Source: Emiliania huxleyi CCMP1516 (taxonomy: Eukaryota). From it: a stretch of DNA of 41,441 nucleotides. This document shows, piece after piece, positions 19,515 to 29,760 of the stretch. A program made the translations under genes and the position numbers. Every line of letters starts with the position of its first letter. Position 1 is the first letter of the stretch. The notes under the pieces are model-generated. The model did no database searches and was not told the DNA's origin. It saw nothing but the letters and a program-made list of their open reading frames with translations. The stretch is from the NCBI RefSeq assembly GCF_000372725.1, contig NW_005201202.1:310001-351441 (forward strand), written 5' to 3'.

Positions 19515-22500
19515 CTAGAGAGGGAGCGCCGGCCTCAGCGCCTTGTTCTCACGAAAATCGTGCACCCGCTCGACCACCTCGAGCACCGCGATGACGGCGC
19601 CGAGCAGCAGGAGCAGCGCGCTGCACACGAGCGCCACCGCCAGCTGCTGGCGCGGCTCGAGGTACAGCTGCATCTCCCACCCGTGCGGCGCGTCGAGCGG
19701 GTGGGGAATGACGGTCAGCTGCGAGTTTGGCAGCACCGCCTGCTCGAACCGCCGCAGCCGACCCGCCGGCATCCCGACCATTAGCTGCTCGACGTAGTCG
19801 TTTGTGAGGCCGAGGCCGACGAGCAGAAAGGGCGAGGCCAGCGGCGAGTACCCGCCCTGCGGCAGCTGCACCCCCACCCGCGACTGCTTCTGGCGGTTCC
19901 ACGACCAGATCGACGACACGCTCACGCGCGACCAGCGGGTCGGCAGCGACGTCGCAAACTGGTACGTCACCGCCGGCTGGTGCAAGCTCGGCTGGCGCAG
20001 CCAGGCGCCAAACGGCCGGTCGACCACCTGCGCGGCGCACCGCCCTGCGGCGCCGACGCCGCCGCTCGCCTCCACGGCCGACGCCTCCACCGCGGCGAGC
20101 GCGCTCGAGTTGAGGCCGCTGCCGCCGCCCCAGCCGCCGCCGCCCCAGCCGGCCCGGGCGTTCTCTCCGGCGGCGGGAAGCGTGACTGTCCCCTCCTCGC
20201 CGGGGACGACGGCGAAGGCGTCGGAGGCGCACGCGCCGTCCGTCGTCGTGGCCTTCAGAAAGTACTGCCCGCTCACGCCGGAGTTGCGCCACGCGCGCAG
20301 CCGGCCTAGTCCCATACCTCCAGAGTCTCGAATCCAGTGTGGGTTCAGTCCCGTGGGTGGTGCGGTAGCCCGCCGTCGGCTTGCAGCGCGAGAACGTCCC
20401 ACGTGCCGTCCTCGTACAAGTCGTAGAAGGCGCCCGCGCTCGCGCCGCCGAGCATCTGGAGCGAGGCTTTGGTTCAGTGCTCCCTTCCAGGAGTGCTCGG
20501 TGGTGTCTCTCGCGGCCGCGTGGAGTGCGTGGACATCGGCGAATCTCGGCGAATCTCGGCAAATCTCAGGTGTGTGGTGTGCGTGGGCCTCGCCTAATCT
20601 CGGCAAATCTCGCCTGATATCGCCCAACCTCTGCGAACCTCGGCTAGTCTCGGCGAATCTCGGCCGTGAGGTCTGCGCGGCCCCGAAGGCCGCGCCTCGG
20701 CCGCCTCGGCCCGTGTCTCGGAAGTGGCCCGGCCCGGCTGCGTCCCGGACGTGTCTCTGAAGAGTCTCGGACAGTGTCGCGGCACCGGGTAGAGGCGCAG
20801 CTCGGACGGCGGCGGGTAGACGGCCGTCTCCGCCTCGTACAGCCGCAGCGCGCCCTCGTCGCCTCCGCCGGCCTCGAGGCAGCGCAGCCTGCAGCACGGT
20901 GCGTGGACGCGCCGTCGACGTGTCTCGGGCGGGGGGGCGGTGGAGGTGCAGCGCGCGGGCGGTGGGGCATGGATGTGGAGTCTGCGCTCGCGGCGGGTGG
21001 GGGCAGGAGAGGGGTGTGGGTGGGGGCAGGAGAGGGGTGTCGGAAGCCGAGGGGGGGGGGGGGGGGAAGGGGAAGGGTCCAAAAGGGGTGTCCAGGGGGG
21101 AAGCAGCGTCGAAGGGTCTCGGAAGGGTCTCGGAAGGTCTGAGAAGGGTCTCGGAAGGGTCTCGGTAGCTTCGAGGGGGGGTGTCGGAGGGGGGAGTGTT
21201 GGAGGGGGAAGGGTCTCGGAAGGCGTCGCCTCTCGTCGTTGAAGAGGAGCAGCACGCACGGCTCTCCCGCAGAGCAGGGCGAGAGGTCCGACGCGCTCGC
21301 GTCGGCGGGCGCGACTAGCGGCAGCAGCGCGTCGGGGAAACCGTTGAGGTCGAAATCGGCCACCGACAGCGTCGGCGGCCTCGCGCCGAGCGGATTCGCC
21401 AGAGCCCACCCGCCTGGGAGCGCCCACGCCTGCTTGAAGAACGCGAGCGCGCGCGGCTGGCAGAGCGACTTTGGCTGCGGCGGGCGCGTCGCGCAGTCTG
21501 CCTCTGCGTCGAACTGCTGACCGACGGCCGGGCGGCTGCTCGTGAGGGCCGGGGGGTCCGGCTTCGGCTCGCCGAGGACGGCATACCACGCGTGGAGCTC
21601 CAGCTGAGAGGAGGAGGAGGAGGAGGAGGAGGAGGGAGGAGGAGGAGGAGGAGGGAGGGGGGGAGGACTTGTTTGCCAGGAAGAGAAGGTCGACCGCGCC
21701 GTCAGAGTCGAGGTCGGCAAACGCGAGTTGCCCCGCGCCCTCGGGGAGAGAGAAATTGTAGTCGGGCGCCGCGGCCCAGCGCGGCGCCCCCACCTTTGCC
21801 GCGTTCTGCACCCAGACCAGCAACCGGCACGCCACGGTCTCACAGCCGCGCGGCGCGCTGCTGTCCAAACCGACCCTGCTCGCCGCGCCGTCGGGCAAGG
21901 CGACGACGACTAAGTCGGCGATGCAGTCGCCGTCGAGGTCGACCTAATCACAGGCGGCGAGCCGTGAGTAAGACGCCGTTCACAGCAAGCTGCGCCGCCG
22001 TGAAGGCCGCGACTTGCGCGTTCGAGTTTGGCGCCGCGGGCATGATCAGCGGGCCCGGCTCCTGCGTCATCGCACGCGCCAAATGTGAGGGGGCGGGACT
22101 ACGGTCCCGTGCCGTGCCTGCGGAGCATCGCGTGAGCAGACAGGCGGCGCGTGCAGCGGACACGGCTGAGTACAGCCGAATACCTCTGCCCTCTAGCAAC
22201 CTCTCGGCAACCTCTCGGCCATCTCGCGGCTATCTCCGGGCTATCTCCGGCTATCATCTAGGGGCGAGGCTACCCCCTTCTCGCCAGAGCTGCTCGCGTC
22301 GGCACCGTCCGCCGCGTGGCCAGCCGCGTCGCCTATGAGGAAAAAAGAAATGCGGGACCCGAAATGCCGGCACACGGGCCAGCCGTGCCTGCGCCGTTCC
22401 GCGCCGCGGCAGCGTCCAGCCGCCGCGACGCCCCCACCGCCCCGGCCCGCGTGTCGGCACGCCCGCCGCCCGCCCGCCCGCCGCCCGCCGCCAACCCCGC

Positions 22501-25083
22501 CGCAGATGCGCCGGCCGCCGGCGCGGGCCTCCGCGCTGCCGCCTTCGGCAGCGGCTTGCTTGGCCGACTGCGAAGGCCGCCCGCCGCCACGGGGACGCCC
22601 GCCGCGGGGGCATACGCCGCGCCGCCGCCGCCCGCCAGCCACCGGGCCTGCAGCAGCGACGCGGGCGGGTCGGCGCCGCCGTCGGCATCGGCGGCGGCGC
22701 CGCCCGCCGCCTCCTCCACGCCACCCTGCTCGCCGCCGGCCGCCGCCGCCGACAAGCGCTCGCGCGGCGCCGCGGCCGCCACGCTGCGGCCGATCGGCTC
22801 GCTCACGGCGCGGTCCGCCGCCGCCTCCTCGTCGCCCCGCGCGGGCGCAAAGGCTCCAAACGGAGTCGCGACCGCGAAGTCGCCGGCTTGGCCGCGCGGT
22901 CGCATGAGCGCCGCGGTGCTCGTCGGCGCGGGCAGACAGCGCGTCCCGCCCACCACCTGCTCTCAGACAGTCTCGGGTCACCTCGGGTCACCTCGGGTCA
23001 CCTCGGGGGCGTGTCGCCCCGGCACCCAGCCGTGCACCTAGCCGTGCGCTGCAGAGGAGCTGAGAGGCGCGAAGCAGGCCTGCCTGCCCGTCCTGCCTGC
23101 CTGTCCTCCTTCACGCCCTCAGCTCTGTCTGCCTGTCGCCCGCGCCGTGTCTGTCTGTCCGGAGCCTGCCTGCCCGTCCTCGCACTGCCCGTGTGTGCTG
23201 TGACCTTGGGCCCAGGGGGGGTGTGCTTGCGCGAAGAGGCCTCGCTTGCCCGTGTGCGGTGTGCCGTGCGACTACCCGCCTGCGGTGACCCGGCCGGGGC
23301 AGCTGCTAGGGGCAGCTGCTAGGGGCGATCGAAGGCACGCTCCAAAGCCTCGCACCCTCCTGCCCCGCCCTCCAGAGCCTCGCACCTGTCCAGCGCGTGG
23401 AGACAGGCGCGCGTCCCGCATCTACACACGCCACCGCGGTGCAAGTCAGACCGCAGCCGCAGCAATCGCCAACGCCGCACCTCTCGTTGAGCATGCCGCA
23501 GCTCGGTCCGCCTGACGGAGTTCCGAGAGGGGTCCAAGAGGGGTCCAAGAGGGGTCCGAGAGGGGTCCGAGAGGGGTCCGAGAGGGGTCCGAGAGCGGTC
23601 CGAGCGGGGTCCGAGAGGGGTCCGAGAGGGTTCCGAGAGCGGTCCGAGAGGGGTCCGAGAGGGGTCCGAGAGGGGTCCGACCGCCGCCGCGGTGCGCACA
23701 GACGGAACGCGCCGAACACTGCAGCACCCCGTCTCTCGGCTATACTTCGGCTATGCAACACGCCGCATCTCGGCTATACTTCGGCTACACAGGTGTCCGG
23801 GACGGGTCCTGCACACGTCGACCACGCGTCCGCCGCGGAGGAGGGCGTGGAGGGCGGGCGCTGGAGGCGGAGGCGCTGGAGGCGGAGGCGCTGGAGGCGG
23901 AGGCGCTGGAGGCGGAGGCGCTGGAGGCGGAGGCGCTGGAGGCGGAGGCGCTGGAGGCGCGGAGGGCGGCGGAGGGCGGTGTGGTGGGCGGGATGGTCGC
24001 GGCGGGGATGGAGGCGGTGGTGGGCGCGGCCATAGCAGAGAAGGCAGTCTCGTTGGCGGCCGTGTCTTGGCTACACCTCGGCCTCGACTATATCTCGACT
24101 GTATCTCGGCTACCTCGGCTATATCTCGGGTGATCGCTCGCCCGTCTCTTCGGTTGCGTTGGCAAAGCCGGCGAGGAGGGCGAAGCTCTTGCCGCCTAGA
24201 TGACCCGAGATGACTCGAGATGACCCGAGATGACTCGAGATCAGGCGAGGGGGAGCTCTTGCTGCCGTCGACGTCGACCGGCGTCGGCTGCTCCGAGGCG
24301 GGCGGCAGCGGCGTGCAGTGGAAGCTGTGGTTGCACAGCCTCATGTTGACCAGCGAGGAGCAGTACGGGTGCGCCTGCTCACGGGTGGTGGCGGGCTCAC
24401 GGGCAGAAAGGGCTTGCACAGGAGACGGTGCCGTGGGGCGGCGGGGAGGGCGAGAGGGAGGAGGCAGAGGCGGGTGGGGAAGTGGCGGCGGCGACAGTGA
24501 GGGCGGTGGCGGTGGCGGCGGAGGCAGCGATGGAAGTGGCGGTGTCGGCGTCGCGGAGCTTCACACTATTGATTCCCATCGTATTCAATAAGATTGCTGC
24601 ATAGAATCGCCTCGAAGACGACGGCGTCGAGTGCTCCGTTGTAGTCGTAGTCGCCCGGGATGAGGCCGAGCAGGCCTGGCATTGGCCAGGTGCTGCGCTC
24701 CTCGAAGCGGAGAACGTCGGGCCGCTGCGCGCGCGCGGGGCGAGCGGTGGCGAGCGAGGCGTGAGCAGTGCGCCGGAGGGAGGCGGGGGCTGTCGGAGGC
24801 AGGTGCGCGAACGCGTGGGCCGTGCGGCGTCTGCGCGGCGGCTGGCTCTCACCCAGAGCCACGCCGCGAGCTGCTGGTTGCCATTCCCGTCGAGGGACGC
24901 GGCGAGGATGTCGATGAGCGAGTCGCCGTCATAGTCTGCAAATGCGAGTGGCGTTGCGTTGAAGCGGCTCAGTCCGACGTTGGCGGTGACGTCGCGCAGG
25001 ACGGTGCTGGTCGGCACGTAGGGATTGACGGGGAGGCGCAGCACCAGGTCATGGCCGGGGTCGGTCCTGTCGTCCGCAGGCAT
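19515..25083 (-). CDS. ITFG1: LINKIN / T-cell immunomodulatory protein (FG-GAP repeat membrane protein); 5' end and middle exons uncertain
   Basis: LRDVTANVGL..LAFADYDGDSLIDIL, IPGDYDYNGALD, PNSNAQ|VDLDGDCIADL, FADLDSDGAVDL, VADFDLNGFPD, AFYDLYEDGTWD, GLGLTNDYVEQLMVG, VLPNSQLTVIPHP..W.MQLYLEP, then a C-terminal TM and short charged tail. Confidence 0.85.
23524..23682. repeat. Intronic 11-bp tandem repeat (GAGAGGGGTCC)n
   Basis: About 14 near-identical copies; the same unit type occurs at ~34757-34800. Confidence 0.9.
23859..23960. repeat. 15-bp tandem repeat (GCTGGAGGCGGAGGC)n
   Basis: About 6 perfect copies; reads PPPPA or ASSAS on the minus strand. Confidence 0.9.
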
Positions 25084-25445
25084 GTGGCAGGCACTCGAGG
25101 ACCTGCCGAGGGGAGGAGCAGGGCGTCGGCGGCGGCGGCGCCCGATAAAGAATTCACTCCGTTTAGGATACATTGGAGCGTACTAGGGTCCGTCTGGAGT
25201 CGTCGCGTGCCTCCACAAGGAAGAGCTACACAGTACCTGACATCCCAAAGCAGTAGTGGAGGAGCGAGGGCAAAGGAGCAGAGCGCCCTCACAACCCGAA
25301 AATCCGTGAAGACTGGCAGGAGGGATGAAGACCCTTCATATGAGAAGACGCTCCTCAGTGAGTACCTGCGATAAAGTAGTAGCCTCACACGAGTTGGGGC
25401 CCCTACCCCAATCGTTGACGGCGAACTACTTTTGGGCTTCACTTC

Positions 25446-27774
25446 CTAGCATCCGTGAGGATACATTGGAGCGTGTGCGTCGGCGAAACGCTCCTCGTTC
25501 TCCTCAGCCTCGGTGATCTGCACCCTCTCTCGGCAGAACTTGGCCAGGGAATGGATGAACTTTTGACGCAACGGCCTGATGAAGACCTGTGCGATGAGGA
25601 TGAATGGCTGGCTGAACGGGTTCCACATGGGAGCCTCCGAGTCGGGGCCGCCGCTCGCGCGCTCCGAGTTCATCGTCTCGCGAATGTTCTCTTCCGTGAT
25701 GCCAATTTTTCGCAGCACAACCTGCCTCATCGCCTGTGAGCGTGAATAGTTGGCTGTCTGAATGCTGCGGAGCAGGCGGAATAGGATGGCGACGAGCGCA
25801 ATGCCGAAGAGGCAGCCGCAGATTACGCTAATGATGGCGGCGAGCTCGAGCTGCCCGCGAAGGGCCGAGTTCGCCCACCGCTGCATCTCTCCGTCGTCTC
25901 CGAAGTTGAAGAGAGCCAGGGTGCCCCACGAGTCGTCAAAGGTGTCGCCGACGAGGACGAGCTCGCCGCGGATTGGCACATTGGTCGCATAGACGCTCGA
26001 CTGGAGAGCTTTGCGGATCTGGGCGTGCATCGACGCCAGGGCTCGCACGCGCGCGCCCTCGTCGCCCTGCAGCGCGTCGAGCTCGCAGTCGTTGTCCGTG
26101 AAGCGCACGCGCTCTCTGTGGATGGGCGGAGTGAGCATATTTAGCGTCAAGAACCGAATGTGCGCGAGGTCGAGCAGCAGGTACGCGACGTTGCTGGCGT
26201 ACACGAACCTAGCTGTGGGGTAGCCAGCACCTCCGACAACGTCTATCGACAGGTAGATATTTTCCGTGCAGTCGTCGGCACAGGCGTGCGTGTTGGCGTA
26301 CTTCTCGTGCAGACGTGTCGCGTCTGCCTGATCAATCCTCATTCCGGATGGACGGCCGCCAGATGGTGACCATGTCTGGTTGCGCGTCGATAGCCAGGTC
26401 GATGCGCTGTCCAGAGTGGTTCGCTGGCTCATGCCGCCGCCCTGTCGTAGGGTGAGTACGAGCGATCCATGCTCAGAGTGCATGGTGGACACGCTCAATA
26501 CCGGCGAAAGCGCCGAAACGCCGTGAGACAGTTGGAGGTTGCTCTTGCATTTGGGGAACCACATGGTTTTGTTGGCCTCGAGGAGGCGCCGGGCAAAGGC
26601 GTTGACGGAGAGGCCGTAGAGCCCTGGATCGGCGAAGCCAATTTCGAAAGACTCTCTTTCGCACCACGAAGCGTGGGGGCATGAGCCACCGCAGCACCGC
26701 ATGCCCGAGAGCGCGGTGGTGAACTCCTCCTTGGTGACCCGACCGTTGCTGTCAGCATCGTACGTCGAGCGGAGGAGACTAAAAGCAGCGTAGTTGGTGA
26801 CCTCGTCCGTGCCGTCAAGGATCGATCGGATGTCGCATTGGTCCCACGCGTCGGAGGCCGGGAGAAACTCGGCTGTGGCCGGCGGCAGGTCGGTGGCGGC
26901 GCAAAAGCGGTCGTTGGGCTGCCTCCACTTGACCTCAACATCCCTCCCGCTGGCCTCGATGTCGAGGAGGTAGATTGAACCGGAGCCCTTTGCGTACAGC
27001 GAGGCGGAGGCGATGGCCGAGGAGATGGCAACAAAGTCGCCATCGCCCGCATACCACGAGACATGGTTGATGGTGGCATTGTCGACGCGTGCCGAGAGGG
27101 TGGGGACATGCTTCCACCACGCGCCCACGCGCAAGCCCGGCACTACAGCGCCAGGCTGCACCGTGATGACCGGGAGCGGGACAGCTCCCCCTTTTTGCAC
27201 CGAAGCTTGGTCGACTGTGAATGCGCCTGTGGCGCCGGGTGGAACGGTCACCTTGACCAGACATACGCGCCTGCACGACTGGAGCACCTCGCTCTCGCAA
27301 CCAATGGGGTTCCTGGCCGTGAGCGCCTCGGCAATGTTGGCATCCGTCGATCGAACCACGAACCGGAAAGACCTGGCGGACGTGAGCGACGCGTACTCCA
27401 CATCCGCAGTGGAGCCGGGTAAAAAGTCGAGATCGCACGCTCCTAGGGTTAGCTTGAGCCCATACGCTGGATCGTACCGCTTCGTCTCCGCGATCACGTA
27501 TGACCCTATTGTTATCCCACAGGAGGCATGATCTGATGGGCGCCACTATATGGCGACGTATCCCCACAGGAGACGCAGCGGCGCCTGGCAATGCGATGAG
27601 CATCCAAGCGAGCACGAACGCAACAAGGAAGATGAAGAAGAACGTCAGGCGCACGCATCGCCTTCGACCCGCTTTTCTAGCCTCCGTCTTCTGCTTTGCC
27701 ACCAGGCGCGCCTCGAAGACCTGCTGCGGCGTCTTGCTCGGCCCAGCGGGGCCGACCTTGGCCGGCGGAGGCAT
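25446..27774 (-). CDS. Membrane protein with an EF-hand in a large inter-TM domain; exons 27774-27585 and 27505-25446 (3' end may splice further)
   Basis: A 79-nt GC-AG intron (27584-27506) joins the two ORFs in frame (IALP|GSYVIAETK). TM1 is FFFIFLVAFVLAWMLIAL, the EF-hand loop is DADSNGRVTKEEF, and TM2 is LAAIISVICGCLFGIALVAILF. Confidence 0.75.
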
Positions 27775-28321
27775 GGTCGCGGGTACGGGGCGGGCCGTTT
27801 CAATTGTACTGACTACTGTCACTGTCAAGCGGATTGATTTTGTTTTTCTGTTTTTTTGTTTTAGGTATGTTGTTGGCAAATCAAGACACAGAGCTCACAC
27901 AGAATCACAGCGGGAGGAAAGCGGCGAGTCGCAATTCCAGGGGTCGTTGTGGCGGGCCACCCTGTCCAGCCAGAGAGGCATGGATGCCAATCTGGGGTCT
28001 CTCGACCGAGTCTGATTTCGCCTCGCCGCCTCCCGGTGGTAAGGCTGTAGAGCCAAAGCGGCGGAGATGGCGGGGGAGGGCGGGGGATCGAGGAAAGCAC
28101 GACTCGCACCGACCCTTCACGAACCGAAAGGCTGCACCCGGGGAAGGCACAGTAATCCGGGCACGTGTTGGGCGCCCCGTTCCGTCTGGGGCTAGGTCGG
28201 CTCAGGGCCCCATCCACTTCCCTCCCGCTTGGCGCGTGATGATGAGGAGTTGCCACCCAGGCCAGCCAGGGCAGGGGCGGAGGGCGAGGGCGGAGGGTGT
28301 TTTGTTTTTTATGATCTTTAG

Positions 28322-28503
28322 ATGAGCGACCCGGAGGGTGATGGCGGCGGACGGCCATTCCTACGAGCGGAAAGCAGATCGAGCGCTGGCTCGCGACCAA
28401 GTCGACGAGCCCGATGACGGGCGAGGCGCTCCAGCACACGCACACCTTCCCAAACCACGCGCTGCGCGGGCGGATTCGAGAGGAGTGGCAACCGGCGCAT
28501 TAA
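28322..28503 (+). pseudogene. U-box domain fragment with frameshifts
   Basis: MSDP/VMAADGHSYERK/QIERWLATKSTSPMTGEALQHTHTFPNHALRGRI is the U-box consensus, but it needs at least 2 frameshifts. Confidence 0.75.
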
Positions 28504-28733
28504 TATTGAGGTTTGAGCGGTTTCGCGCGCCCATTCTCGTGGCCCTGGGGTGAGCGGTAATGTTCTGTTTCCGCAACCGTGTGAACACCTCTGGGCCGGC
28601 GCGGGGGGCCCAGAGGGTGTCCATGCGGGGGGGAGATGGGGCCCCATGGCCCGCCGCAGGCGCCGATTTTTCAGGGTTTTCTTTTTTCTGCTATTTTTTA
28701 CTTGTTTTCATGGGAATTCGGCGTACTTGCGGC

Positions 28734-29760
28734 CATGCTGTCAGGCTGTCAGGTGCTGTCAGGTGATCTGTCGGGCTGTCGGGCAGCTGTCAGGCACTGT
28801 CAGGTGCCTCTGTCAGACCAGCTGTCAGGTGCTGTCAGTGCTGTCGGGTGCTGTCGGGTGCGTGTCTGACATGCGAGGGGCTCTGTAGCTGTCGGGTGCT
28901 GTCGGAGCTGTCGGGTGTTGCTGTCAGACGCTGTCGGAGCTGTCAGAGCTGTCAGGCTGCTGCTGCTGTCAGACGTTGGGCTGTTGCTGTCAGGTGCTGT
29001 CAGGTGGTGCTGTCGGGCTAGCTGTCGGGGTGCTGTCAGGCTCTGACACACACCAGCCACACTTATGACACTATCAAGAGGAGACCAGCGGGTACGCAGC
29101 TGCCCCCTTCCTACGGCGTGATCACGCCGGCAGGGGCGGCCGCCTGGGCCGCAGCCTGGGGAGCGCAGATGGCGGCGCAGGCGCAGGCCGCGGCGGCGGC
29201 ACAGACGGCGCGCGGCGGCCACCCCACCCAGACGCCGTAGGCATATGGCTGTAGGGCCCCAGAAGGCTAGCTGGTAGCTTCATTTGTAGTAGCAGCACAG
29301 CCGCCGGTGCTAAAGCCGTAGAGTCTAGAGAGGGGTGTCCGCAGAGCCTCTGCCAGAGGTGGGGGCTGGGGCGGGAGGGTTGAGAGAGAGACCCATGACC
29401 ATCCCATGACTACATGGACCACACTCACATGTTCATGTCTTTGCATGTAATAGTTTTGTTATACCCTCATGGGGCACAAGAAAGAGGCTCTACGGGGGGG
29501 GTCTGACTGTGTACGGTCTGTGCTGCTGTCGGGCTGTCAGCGCTGCTGTCAGGCCACTGTGTGCTTTCGGGCTGTCGGGCAGCTGTCAGGCTGTCACGTT
29601 AGGGCCTGACAGCGACGGAGCGCCTCGCCTGTCAGGCTCTGCTGTCAGGCTGTCAGATACGTGCTGTCAGACTGTCAGAGAAAGTGCTGTCAGCGCTGTC
29701 AGGCTGTCGGGCACTGTCAGGCGCTGTCCGGGGTTTGCTGTCAGGCTGTCAGACCAGGGC
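28734..29760. mobile_element. Element with two blocks of CTGTC(A/G)G repeats
   Basis: Dense CTGTCAG/CTGTCGG words at ~28737-29047 and ~29500-29755 around a non-coding core. The ends show only weak similarity (CCATGCTGTCAG...CTGTCAGACCAGGG). No TSD found. Confidence 0.6.

Noticed and set aside
23524..23682. Tandem arrays as CRISPR repeats
   Set aside because: Contiguous 10-15-bp units without unique spacers, located inside eukaryotic genes, and no cas genes
25158..25474. 17-bp direct repeat AGGATACATTGGAGCGT at ~25165 and ~25458
   Set aside because: The repeat is real, but I cannot tell a TSD from an intronic motif; no element structure lies between the copies
27497..27510. Apparent frameshift in the EF-hand membrane gene
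   Set aside because: Resolved by the 79-nt GC-AG intron 27584-27506
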